A stretch of 64,000 nucleotides of DNA. Source: Octopus sinensis (lineage: Eukaryota). Shown piece by piece: positions 51,525-64,000 of this stretch. Position 1 is the stretch's first letter. Every line of letters starts with the position of its first letter. Made by a program: the position numbers and the translations under genes. Under the pieces are notes generated by a model. It was not told where the DNA came from and searched no databases. It saw only the letters and a list, made by a program, of their open reading frames with translations. The DNA lies in contig NC_043003.1 in assembly GCF_006345805.1 (NCBI RefSeq), positions 20,584,001 through 20,648,000 on the forward strand, read 5' to 3'.

Positions 51525-52553
51525 GTTAGGATGTCAGATACAATTAACGATAAAGAAGACGACGATAGAATAAATAAATCTAGTGACACCAAACAGATTT
51601 CTCCACCCGCCCAAATAAAAGCAGGTACTAAGATAATACTGATTTAATAACAGCAGATATATTACGGTTATCGGCCAATAAGTAGGAAACATCTCACGAA
51701 TTATCCAATAAAAGTTCAATGGAAAGATTTAAAATGCATGATTAAACAAATCTACAACAGTATTACGTAATCGGATATTCACTGGTGCCCTTCAGAGGGG
51801 TGGGATCAAGAATTATTTGTACAATTGGCATTATATTAAATATAGATATTCGAAGTATCCCTTCCCTAGACTGTATCTATGTATCAAGCAAAAATGTGTA
51901 TCTAAAATTACGTATTTATACACCTAACCATCAGCAGTAGCTAATAAGGTATACGGTGTGAGAGCGTTATTGTCTTCTATGCTCGCTGCTATTGACACAA
52001 CTTTTTTAAATTTCCAAAGCACCATGGCAGCTATAGAAAACTTATTAATTTTTTTTTATTAAGCATTCTTTTGTTTTATAGAATTTTGAGCCATAAAATA
52101 GTCCAGGTGTTCGACTATTATATGTTCTTTCAAAAGCATTACATTATATTTTTTTTTTAATCTACGACATACTTAGATACTCTTTGCAGTGCACGATTTG
52201 GGATCCGTTGATTTAGAGAAATCGGCTGTAATAAGGAAATCGACCAAAGAGACAAAACAATCGAGGAATTGGCCAATGATATAGGGCAACGCGATAATAA
52301 TTAAAAGGACATCACTCTGGAAAAAATAATCAAATTTGGCTGCTATTTCCAGAGGACCGAAAGACAGAGTCGAGTCAGCTCTCACATTAATCCGTTGTAT
52401 TTATTTCTCTCTTGTGTGCAGTTTATTTCCCTGTCAGTTTAATTCAACGCTGTTTCTTTTGGGGTTTATTTTCATTAATATTCCGTTATGCTCTTATTGT
52501 AACCAGTACATACACACACGCATGCAAATTTAAGCACAATATGTAGACGCATA

Positions 52554-52601
<48 letters not shown>

Positions 52602-53263
52602 CATGTATGTATGTATATGTATACATATTTTTCTGTCGTTAAGACAGCTGCATTTGAAAGCAAATAAAATATCAGCTCTTTCTGCTTAATATTGATTCCT
52701 TCAGGCAACTCTTGCAAACTTTCCAAGATGCACTCATTTTCTTTCGTGCATTACTTACAGCTGTACTTCCCGTAGCCCAGCAAAGAACGATAACAACCAC
52801 CATCATCCATTACAGCTAATATCACTGCTTTTTAGGCTTGTGGTTTTACTGGATATCACACACACCTTAAAGTCTCGCATTTTCTTGGAGCAAGTGACAT
52901 TATAATGTAAATAACTGTAACTGACTTTCTTACAGATCATATGAGTGTATACAATTTATTATTTTTTTTTGTATCTGTGTGTGTGTGAAAATTAGAAGAA
53001 ATATATGAGAAAGGCGGATAAAGAAAAGACGAAATAGATAAATAAATGGCAGCGAAATACCAAATCAGGTTAGACATGTTGTTTAATGGATGTTTAAGAA
53101 CAACCCGAGGCAAGGTTTTTGGTTTTATGCTTCGGTCATGTGTATTCGGCGTTTATACATACAAACATACATACACACACACAAACACACACACAAATAC
53201 ACACACACACACACAGACACACACACACACACACACACATACACACACATACATGTATATATA

Positions 53264-53320
53264 GGCGCAAGGGTGGCTATGTCGTAAGAAGCTTGTTTCC
53301 AAGCCACATGGTTCCGGGTT
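53264..53320 (+). mobile_element. Head-only (tailless) SINE A with 12-bp flanking direct repeat
   Basis: CATGTATATATA at 53252-53263 and 53321-53332; ends inside the B box. Confidence 0.7.
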
Positions 53321-53372
53321 CATGTATATATATATATTTTGTGAAATAGAAAGATGAATAATCTTGTTGCAG

Positions 53373-53437
53373 ATTAATCAAAAGTTTAACCGATACCTTG
53401 GTAGCAAAAATCACAGCAGAAGACAGCACGGTTGGAG
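53373..53437 (+). CDS. Predicted coding exon 6 (65 bp, phase 0 to 2): INQKFNRYLGSKNHSRRQHGW(R)
   Basis: ATCTTGTTGCAG acceptor, AG|GTACAA donor; bridges exon 5 (phase 0) and the terminal exon (phase 2). Confidence 0.6.
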
Positions 53438-53495
53438 GTACAACCATATGGTGTTGCAACCGTGTGTTGGTGCGGATAATTGAATTTTAATATTT

Positions 53496-53637
53496 TTAGT
53501 GAATTGAAGAAATGGAGTTGAACGAAGATTGAACAGAAATCGGAATTTGGTAAATTGTGCCTTTCGAAACACGTGTAGAATGCAATAAAACGATTTCTGT
53601 TCAATCTTCGTTCAACTCCATTTCTTCAATTCACTAA
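53496..53637. repeat. Perfect 47-bp inverted repeat with 48-nt spacer
   Basis: 53496-53542 is the exact reverse complement of 53591-53637; spacer holds CGAAACACGTGTAG. Confidence 0.95.
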
Positions 53638-53779
53638 TAATATATATATATATATATATATACATTTACATGTACACACATATCCATATACATAGTATGA
53701 GTACAGAAACGTGTAAACCTACGTTGTAAAAATACAAATATATATATATATATACATTTGTATATATATTATATATTTG

Positions 53780-53827
<48 letters not shown>

Positions 53828-53955
53828 TTTTTACAACGTAGGTTTATATGTTTCTGTACTCATATTATGCATATGGATATGTACATATATGTATATATAT
53901 ATATATATATCTATATATATATATGTACGTGTAAGTATGTATGTATGTATATATA

Positions 53956-54005
<50 letters not shown>

Positions 54006-54014
54006 ATGTATATA

Positions 54015-54065
<51 letters not shown>

Positions 54066-54342
54066 GCACACACACATACTTACACATATATGTATAATTT
54101 TTAAGTACATTTTTTTTAAGTCAAAATTTCCGTAAGTTATAAAACTTTAATCGTAAAGGTCAACGGTTTGTAGTATTACCAGGTTTTTCAGTATTTCAGG
54201 TTAAATCTCCTTCTTCAGGAAATTTTTCCCTGAAATTTTGAAATATCAGGTAACATTACTAACCATCGACCTGTGTTATTAACTTTTCGTAACTTGCATT
54301 GCTTTGTCCTTAAAATAATACACACGCACACACACTCTATAT

Positions 54343-54387
<45 letters not shown>

Positions 54388-54728
54388 ATACATATACATA
54401 TATGTACGAGTCTGTATGAGTGTTTGTATGTATATTGAAGGACAACAAATGAGCATTCACTCACATGCACATATGCGCAATGACAACATAAGACAGACTT
54501 TATTCTTGATTTTTGATGTGCAAATTAAGTTTACAAATGTGTTGTGACATCAGATCGATGTTTTGCCTTAAACAATATTTAGTTTACCCAGCACTTCTTT
54601 CCGTCTATAATCTGTTAATGATTATTTTGCCAACGGCATTATTTACGTCTTTAGATATTATCATTATTACTGTTGTTAGTATTCAAGTTTCTGCTGCTGG
54701 TATTATTATGATGACGTTGATGATGATG

Positions 54729-54935
<207 letters not shown>

Positions 54936-55009
54936 GTCGTTGTCTTGCAGGTAAGATGCCAAAATCAATACCATTGTCATTATTATTTTAGTTTATCGCA
55001 GTAAACTGG

Positions 55010-55512
55010 TTCAAACATTTGCAAATTTTCAGACGTCGTTAAGCCTGGTCGTTGGTCAGTTCACAAGGTCTCAATTAACACTGCTGTCTGGAGGGCCTGG
55101 TTCTGCCGTCAATGTACGAATGCTTAAGCTTGCAGTTGTTCAACCATTTCAAACGAGGCCTTATCTTCAACAACAGAAGGTCACACTGACTTTGTTTTTC
55201 TTTGAGACTGGTAACACCTTTCTTGAAACACCTGAACCAGTCTTGTGCCACATTCGTTGGCAGTTTCTAGGCCTTCAACATCATTAATTTCTTTTGCAGT
55301 TGCCTTTGGACTCTATCTTTTTTCCATAGGTAACGTAAAATGGCTCTAATTTTTTACCACTCATTATCAAAATAATTGATGTTTATATTTTATATACGAA
55401 AATAAAGAATAAACACTTCAGTAAAGATTGACCAACAAGTATTAAATTAATGATACAACAAATTGTCAAGATTATCAGTCAAAATCCTAAAATACTTGCA
55501 CTCTACCGTGTA
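55010..55512 (-). mobile_element. Degraded mariner 5' portion (transposase HTH remnant)
   Basis: IRAILRYLWK...KEINDVEG...AQDWFRCFKKG..SLKEK; putative terminus near 55510. Confidence 0.7.
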
Positions 55513-56191
55513 GAGTGAAATTATCTCATTTTTACAATAGTTTGTTCCCAAAAGTATCCCCAACATGGGTCACACGCTCTGCTGGTGGGGCATGAGATCC
55601 AAATGTTTCTATCTCTTTTCTTAGTGACATGGAATTGTGAAACTATTTTTTCACAGCATACCTACTACACCTATACTCAACATAATACAGCTTTACTCAG
55701 CATATATACTGTGTGAAGATTGTTTGCTGCAATTTAGCGTTATTCTGATGTCCTGGTGTAGCTATTTCTTTAAAGATATTTTTCTGGAATATTACAGTGG
55801 AGCCTGGGGAAAAGAAAGGTTGGGTAACTTTCGTCGGTGGTTGCCGAGCTTCAAGAAATAGCTACTTAATATCCATCAAAACACACACGCTGTCTTAAAG
55901 AAAAGAAAAAGTGCATTAGACAACGCCGTCCAAGATAGTTTGAAATGACAGGATGTTTACGAACGGAAAATCTTAGATTCCGATGTCTTTACAGGGGATC
56001 ATTCCACAAGGTCAAGAAAAGCTATAAGAGGGATCACTTTGAGCAGATATAGAGGCAATTACGCAGATAAACAAATTAGATACCTGAAATATATTAATTT
56101 GTCTAACTTGTTTATTCGCATAATTGCTTATATATATATATATGGAATGTATTAGCCTGACGCTCAGTAAAAATTGGAAACAAGGGTTGGT

Positions 56192-56226
56192 GTTTTACGT
56201 TTCGAGCATAGTTCTTCATCAGAAAG
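56192..56226 (-). ncRNA. Minimal hammerhead motif with canonical core in a Penelope-like fragment (~56140-56295)
   Basis: UUU-CUGAUGA-A-GAAC-UAU-GCUC-GAAACGUA|AAA; one stem II mismatch; 3-bp stem I. Confidence 0.6.
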
Positions 56227-56298
56227 AGGAGAAAGGAAAGGTCTGGAGGAAGAAAGTCCAAGAAAAGCACGTGTGTGGTTATATGGATGAAGTATATA

Positions 56299-56523
56299 CG
56301 AGGGGGTGGTGTGCTGAAAAGTTCCTGGCTTTGGATAAAAGAAAATACACAGGAGGATCATTTAATTATGATTTTATTCAACGCATTTCTATCTCAGATT
56401 CACACACTTATTGCAGTGGTCCTTCAGTTTTTTCTAAATCCTGCAAAAGAACTCGGAAGGTTGGGCCTCTAACCAGGCCATTCACGAAATCCTTAAAGCC
56501 AGGAACTTTTCAGCAACCCCTCG
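56299..56523. mobile_element. Mariner-type MITE (225 bp) with TA TSD
   Basis: TA|CGAGGGGG...TGCTGAAAAGTTCCTGGCTTT ... AAAGCCAGGAACTTTTCAGCAACCCCTCG|TA. Confidence 0.9.
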
Positions 56524-58592
56524 TATATGACTTTCAGCAATCAGTAAATGTTCTGAGTTTACAACTAGGATGCTGTATTCTGTATGCTGATTCTTTTATT
56601 GATATGTCAGCATCAATAGAACATCCATTGCTAAACATGTAATTTTTTTGTAGACTTTATATGAAATGGTTGTGTTATTAATACATTTCATCTCTCTCCG
56701 ACAAAGATTTCTGTCCAAAATTTTTGCTTCTCTTCTTCGCAGCGTAACGTTTATTCTAATCTTTATTATTACTATTTTTCGATGCAGAACAACCCTATTT
56801 CCCCACAGAATCTACAGTTTTATAATCAATTCGTTCATAGATTTATTTAGTTTTTTTGTTTTTGTTTTTTGGGGGTTTTTTTGTCAGTAATGTAATTTGT
56901 GGCAATGCCTACTTGTTGTAAATGCACTGGCGCTCGGAGCAACTTTGACGTAGTTATATGGCTTATGTTATAGTTTAAGTGATGACAAATGCAACATTAA
57001 TATTTACATATATCTTTATATACCACATAGGTCATCTGAAGTATGCTCTGTTGCTTACAGGCCAAAGTTATTTTATATTAATGAAAGGATTTTATTAACC
57101 AGTAAGAAAATATATTTCCAATGCGTCTCGATGGGTAGGGGTCATTTTGCCAAATAATAAACGCATGCACTGGTTTTATTTCCTTTCTTTCGTTATTGTT
57201 AATCAACTAGATAATTATTCAATTAATTAACTAATCGATTATTTGACTAGTCATTCGGATCTTTCGTTGCCATTCGTGACAGCGCATGCCATTGATACGA
57301 TCGTCGCGAAGAGCGATGAAAAGACTGAGGAAATAAAACCAGTGCATGCGTTTATTATTGGCAAAAGAGAGGGAAGAGAGACCGATAGAATAAGTACTAG
57401 GCTTACAAACAATAAGTTCTCGGGTCGATTTCTTCGACTAACACCCTTTAAGGTGGTGCTCCAACATGGCCGCAGTCAAATGACTGAAACAAGTAAAAAA
57501 GCAAAAGAATATATCCTTACAGTTTGTGGTCGGGTGAAATACATGCTATGCTCTTTTTTTTAAATAATTGAATATTTATTTAATTCCCTGTGTATTCATC
57601 AGCTCTGTAACTAGAATGCGTATTGATTGATAATTCTGTCTAGCTGTTTATCGACCGTGCCTAAACGGGTATGTTTACCATAAAAACAATAATCAGAGCG
57701 AGCTATCTTTTTTTTTTTTTTTTGCAAATCTTTACGATTCCATGGTTATATGAATGGGGTGAATACCATTTCCTAATGAGAAGTATTATATTGGACTTGC
57801 ACTTTTATTACAGCGGTAATTAATTTGTTGAGTTTAATGTTTTATTGTGGAATGTTATCTTTCTTAATTTTGATAAATTTTGCTCTTATCGTTTATCATA
57901 TTCATAATTCTTTTTTGCAAAATATTCACCTTTGTCCGCTATAAAAAATTTATTATTTTTGCCACTTTTAAACATAACGATTTTACTGTTCATAAGATCA
58001 TGTAGAGTTTGTATAAGTTTGATGTTACAAAATTCTTGTATGTGTGTGAATGTATGTGTGTGTATGTGAGTGTGCGCGTTTGTGTGTCTGCGTTTGCGAA
58101 TGTGTGTGTGCCCCTGTTTCTTTCTTTTGATCCAGTAACAACAAATAATTACATATATAATAATCAGCATGAATCAAATACGTTCCAGTTATTAGCATAA
58201 AGTATTAATTAGGAAATTTATTTTAAAATCTGTAACACTAATTAAATACTAAATTAGTTAAATTCTAACTACTCGGCGTAACGTTACGTCGAGAATTAAG
58301 GATTTGACAAAGCCCTTCTTTCACCTGAGGACGTAGCATTGTTTTTAAAAGATTTTTTTTTTTGAATTTTGCATAAATGCAGACGTGTAAGCAATTTATT
58401 TATTATTAAACATAATAATATAAATTATCCTTACATGCTTTAAGTCACGAAACAATTTGTCGTAATATTTGAATTTTTTGTTGTTAAACAAATTTTCATC
58501 ATAATAATTCTGTCATTTATAACTTTACGCACTCCTTATCGTTTTCTCTTGTATGGTTATCAGTACTACCTAATTACTTGAATCCTGTGTGT

Positions 58593-58630
<38 letters not shown>

Positions 58631-58771
58631 TGTGTGTGTGTGCTTGATGTTTGTGTGTACACATTGCTTAGAGCACAAGGAGAGACAGTAAGAAAGAGAG
58701 AGAAAGAAATTAAATAATGTGCATAACAATACAATGCATTTATCTTTAATTATATTTTATTCTCATTTCAG

Positions 58772-59987
58772 AACCCAAAAAGCTGAAATGTACGGTTTGA
58801 CCAGTGAAATAACACAAATTCAGAGAAAGGAAAACCCGAATACATTTCGTTATTCTGATTCCAATCAATGTTCTCCACCAATTGATATTAATGAGAAAAC
58901 GAAAGAAACAAGCGTGGCCGAAGCTAGTGCCTCAACGTCCGATAAAAACATTCAACCGACCGTTCATCACGGTCAAACGGCCAATAGCTCTTTCATATCT
59001 GGATTAAGCGATAAGACGAAAGAATCTCCACTCAACGAGGAACACATTCTTATTAACGTTTTGAACACAGAGAAAACACCAAAGAGTGGTATAGAAAACC
59101 CAGCATTTTTGAATCGTGACTCAGACGAGAAGAATTTAGCCAAACGAACTGCATTGATTGAAAAGCAAGACGATGATAAAGAAGGCAACGAAGCAATCCA
59201 TGAGCAGCAACAGCAGGAGCAGCCACAGCGCGAACAAAACAGCAGCAACAGTGGCAGCATTAGAAATAGTGGTGCTCGATGTAAAGTGAATGTAAATGCG
59301 CCCACTCGTGTAGATTCCCCATCATCTTCGTTGAGTTCTTACAGGAAACAATCCCGTCGACGATGCAATGAAAGCCTCGACGAAATAGACAGGGTCGTTT
59401 TTCGCAACAAGGACGATGTTCACCGCACGGTTCTCGGTGCTGAAAGGTTAATGTACGGTGGTTGCGGCAGTAATGACGATGTTTCAAGAGAATCGGAGAT
59501 TGGGAACGAAGTCATCGAATACGACGCCGGCGTTTTGTCGAGCAGCGATGAGTGGGAACTGGGAAACCAATCGAGTGCGAACTCCAGCCAAAGCAGTGTG
59601 TTTGCTACGACGGTAAGACTTGAAAACGTGTCCGACTGGTCGGCATGTGGTGAAACCGTCTCTACGGGAAGTAGTAAGAGCGGATCGAAAGACAGTGCCT
59701 CCGCGTTGTTGGGCGTGCCCCCGTCTGAGTATTACAAGCGATCGTTGAAAATGAAGGACAACCGAGTAAAGTCAACAATACGGCGCCACGCCCTACGAGG
59801 GGTGCGTCCTTTACTCCCTGCTTCTATGATTGACGAGTGCACGATAGAGGCACTGTCCAAGGAAGACCTTCTAGTCATGTGGAAATCGTCAGAGATCGAA
59901 CTCCAGAAGAAACTCGGTGAAGTTATGGAGCAAAAAGAAAAGCTAAAACGCCTCATTGAAAAACATACGGATCATACAGAACTTTAG
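58772..59987 (+). CDS. Terminal coding exon (1216 bp): Ser/Glu/Asn-rich disordered region plus C-terminal coiled coil (...EDLLVMWKSSEIELQKKLGEVMEQKEKLKRLIEKHTDHTEL*)
   Basis: Longest non-repetitive ORF in the window (58719-59987), raised GC, TTTTATTCTCATTTCAG acceptor at 58771, stop TAG at 59985-59987. Confidence 0.85.
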
Positions 59988-60449
59988 TTACGGCAATAAT
60001 CCTGACCATTGTCCAAAAGGTAGCGACTACGACCGAGAACAGCAGAACACCGGAATTAACGGTTCACTGTATTTAGTTCGCTACCTCAAACTTCCGACTG
60101 AGTTCAATTCCCGCCGGAGGTCGACTTTGCCTTTTATTCCTCCGGGGTCAATAAAATGAATACTTGTAATATAATAATGTGAATACAGACCTCCTACATA
60201 AAAACACTGTGTCCGAATTAAAACAGGTCACGTGTCGAAGTAAAAACACCTATCATACTATTTATCAATTTACTTTTTTTTTTTTGTTATTATTTTTCAA
60301 AGCCAGTTATCTCTCTGAAAAAAAAAAGAAAAAGAAAATAAAATCTTTCTAGAATATTGTAGTTCAAAAGTATAAAAACGTACGAGAAACATTTTTCTAA
60401 AAATTTTGAATTATGAAATTTCAAATTACAAATATGAAGCAAAATAATA

Positions 60450-60504
<55 letters not shown>

Positions 60505-62597
60505 GCATACATATATATATATACATTCATATATAAATATGTATATATATACATATATATGTATATATATATATATATATATATGACGTTGAGTTCCCAA
60601 GATCTTCACCAACACATAAACATGACAAAAGAAAAATATTTTCAAAAGTTAAAATTCAAAAAAAAAACATTTACTCGCAAATTTTTCCAAAGATTCTAAA
60701 ACTCATTAATAAATTGGTAACCTATATATATATAAATATATATTACTTTTATAATAATATTTAATGGGGATGGGATGGTCGGGGCTAATTTTTTAATATT
60801 TTTTCCTTTTTGATTTTTTCTTATTTTTTGTCTTTTATATATTACATTATATTACATAAAACTATTATAAAACTATTATATTACATATATATATATATAT
60901 ATATATTTGTATATGTATATGTATGTATGTAATCGATTACTTAAGTACTAGAAGTCGATATGATCGGCTAAATCCTGAAAGGCGGTACCCAAGCATGACC
61001 GTAGTTAATGACTGTTATCGTTAGGACTGAATGGTTTTTTACATACACGCATACGCACACGTACCTATGCAGGCATATATGAATGTATGTATGTGTGTAT
61101 ATATGTATGTATATGTACGTATGTGTTTGTGTTTTTATATATATATATTATATATAGATATATATATATATATATATATGTAAGTATGTATATATAAGTA
61201 TATATATGTGTGTGTGTATTATGTATGTAGAATAATTCGTTCGTTGTTTTTTGTTTGTTTGGGGGGGGGACTACATGGCACTCTACCGTTATATATCTAA
61301 AAAGAGGTAATATCTATTTAAATTTCAGAAGCCAAAAATCCTTTTATCATTAACTAATAAATCTTAGGGTAGAAAAAATTTTTTAGAAAAGTTCTTTGCT
61401 ACCAGTGGTCTAGCGAGAAGAAAAGACTAGTCAATAGACTATATATTATTCATATAAAAATACGGTGTACATTTAAACACATAAGACATGGCCATAACAG
61501 GACATCTGAGTTTAACTGCTCATTCTAGCGAGTCAGATGGCCTGTTATGACCAAGCGATAAACAGACAATGTAGAGAAAAAATAGAGCAACAAAAAACAT
61601 GAAACACTATGATTTAAAATTACTATTTCAAATCCTAGCGGAAAGCGACGAGCTGGCAGAATCGTTAGTACGCCGGGTAACACGCTTAGCAGCATTTCGT
61701 TCGTCTTTAAGTTCTGAGTTCAAATTCCACCGAGGTCGAGTTTGCCTTGTCCCAAAATTTGAAACCAATTTGACTAACATTGAAATTGAATAAAATAAAT
61801 GGAAAAAAAAACGAACGAATTTATTTGAGAACCCAACATGTATGTGTGTGCATGTGTGTTTATGTATAACATTGAAAAGACGACTGTGTTCTGGTTTTCT
61901 ATCTCTTTTATCATGGAATTTCATCTCTTCGTATGAGTTCATGGTTGTATGTTTGTACGAGTGAAGTTATTCAGTCCTAAATTAACTTTTGTGTACTTTC
62001 CCGGTCTCAAATGTCATACAAGTGCAACACTCATCCCTCGACTCGCAATGCACTTACAACAAGGAGCTATTTCAATGCGTTATATCACACAATACAAAAC
62101 AAAATCTATTTAAGAAATCATTAATAAACAATACGTCTATACTATACAGTATTCTCCATATAAATTGACGATTAATAATGGATGCAATAAAAATATGTAA
62201 AACAAATTCTTTGTAAAAACAGTATATGAAACTAGAATATATATATACATATATGCGTGTGTATACACACGTATGTACTCATGTGTGTATTATGTATGCA
62301 TGTATGTATGTGTGTGTGCATGCGTACGTGTGTGTGCGTGCATGCGTACGTGTACGTGTGTGCGCTCGCTCGCGTGTGTATAGAAAATGCCTGGTGACAA
62401 AATCTGTAGAACAACATGTAAAATGCCTTTCGGTATTTAGTTACGGCCTATTAAGATCTGATTGCAAAACCCGCCGAGGTCGACTTTGCCTTTCATCCTT
62501 CAGAGGTCGATAAAATAAAGTACCAGTCATGTACTGGAGTCGATTTAATCGACTGACTCCCTTCCACCCAAGTTTCTGGCCTTGTGCCTACGTTAGA

Positions 62598-62629
<32 letters not shown>

Positions 62630-63089
62630 TATTATTATTATTATAGTTTCATCTTCTCCATCCACCTCTTAACATCTCTCTGTCTCTGTTTCTCTCTCTC
62701 TCTCTCTCACTTTGTTTCACTCACTATTTCTACCTTTATATCTTTCACTTTCACTCACTCAGTTTCTCTAATATTCTTTCTTTCCTTTTTTCCTCTCTTA
62801 TAATATACATATACGTACATACGCACATGCATACCTGGTTATATATGTATATGTATATGGACGTGTGTATTAATGTTTGTTCTTATGAGAAGTTATCTAT
62901 AAAAATAATTCAACATTAAATTGAAGGATCACTCAATACTTTTATTAGAATACGCATTTGTGAATTTCTACAAGAAACAAGATTTACAGATATACAGTGA
63001 CTTCGAAATCTCTACTTACTCACTCGCCGTCGCCTAACTGAAGACGGATGGTGATACGAAACTTCGAACCTTTTCCTTATACATGTATA

Positions 63090-63095
63090 TACATA

Positions 63096-63167
<72 letters not shown>

Positions 63168-63322
63168 CATGTATATATTACATACATATATAAATATACG
63201 TACATATAATATATTTATATATGTATATAAGTATGTATATATGTGTATATATGTTTGTATATGCATGTAAGTATATATATATATATGTATGTATATATAC
63301 ACATACAATATGTATATGTGCA

Positions 63323-63360
<38 letters not shown>

Positions 63361-63379
63361 TATATATATATAATATATA

Positions 63380-63418
<39 letters not shown>

Positions 63419-63440
63419 TATATATGTATATATGTATGTA
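63090..63440. repeat. (TA)n-rich microsatellite block
   Basis: Seen directly. Confidence 0.95.
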
Positions 63441-63850
63441 TCCTAATGATCTCTCCCAAGAGAGAAGATTTACCCTCTTATCTCCTGCACTACTGCTCTT
63501 GGGTTATTTACGGGTAACTGCTTACAGTTTTTCTGTTTTTTTTTTTGTTTGTATTTGTTTTTTTCAGCCTCTTTTCTTTATCCTTTCTTCATTTTCCTTC
63601 TTTTTTCTTTCCTTTGTTCAAATGTTTCTGTTTCAGAACCCTGCACATCTACAATCGTCAGACTTGGTCTGCTTTGCCTTAATTATCCTTTTCATTCAAA
63701 ACTTGACTCAAAGATACTTGCAAATACATTCAAGCACGTACATGCATAGATATTCGTCATATTCATGCATGCGTGCACATAGCACACACAGCGTGCACGC
63801 ACACACACTCATAAACATATACGCACAGAGTTAATCCAACCAATGCATCC

Positions 63851-63903
<53 letters not shown>

Positions 63904-64000
63904 AATATATATATAAATATATTTATATATATATATATAGCCATACACCGTTACAATAGACACTCTTATAACTTTATATACATATACAAATATAAACATG

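Noticed and set aside
51536-51625. Possible 87-bp exon (DTINDKEDDD...)
   Set aside because: The acceptor is made from a TSD and phase 1-1 is incompatible with its neighbours.
52173-52385. Hydrophobic - strand ORF resembling a GPCR helix; + strand EIDQRDKTIEEL coiled-coil-like stretch
   Set aside because: Too short, ends in stops, and is not needed by the phase-consistent gene model.
52700-52900. CAG acceptor with two open frames
   Set aside because: No convincing donor before the stops; exon 5 joins exon 6 directly.
61489-61553. 23-bp imperfect hairpin
   Set aside because: Isolated and probably part of a common repeat; nothing further supports a function.

Overview
AT-rich, microsatellite-saturated animal genomic DNA. 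It is most likely from an octopus (inferred from recognisable octopus-type tRNA-derived SINEs and the TA/GATA/ATT/ATGT repeat load). One + strand protein-coding gene can be assembled by hand from seven phase-compatible GT-AG exons. It runs from a lone ATG at 14669-14671 to a 1.2-kb terminal exon ending at 59987 and predicts about 539 aa (small globular N-terminal domain, long Ser/acidic disordered region, C-terminal coiled coil); I do not recognise the family. Nearly all other ORFs in the supplied track are microsatellite translations. The rest of the window is transposon debris: three tRNA-SINE families, a young 5'-truncated Tx1/L1-type LINE inside a (GATA)n tract, RTE LINE fragments (one with twin-priming inversion geometry), a decayed OTU-bearing Helitron plus two non-autonomous Helitrons, Tigger/pogo and mariner relics and MITEs, and a ~1.97-kb tandem duplication. 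There are also many small Penelope-like fragments with minimal hammerhead-ribozyme motifs and inverted repeats. The most notable observations are: (i) a 202-bp TSD-flanked element carrying a minimal hammerhead with an inverted 3-8 core pair (G3.U8); (ii) a double hairpin whose loops are flip/flop reverse complements; (iii) a SINE subfamily that shares its 3' end with the Tx1 LINE in the same window. Frequent single-base indels suggest an imperfectly polished long-read assembly.
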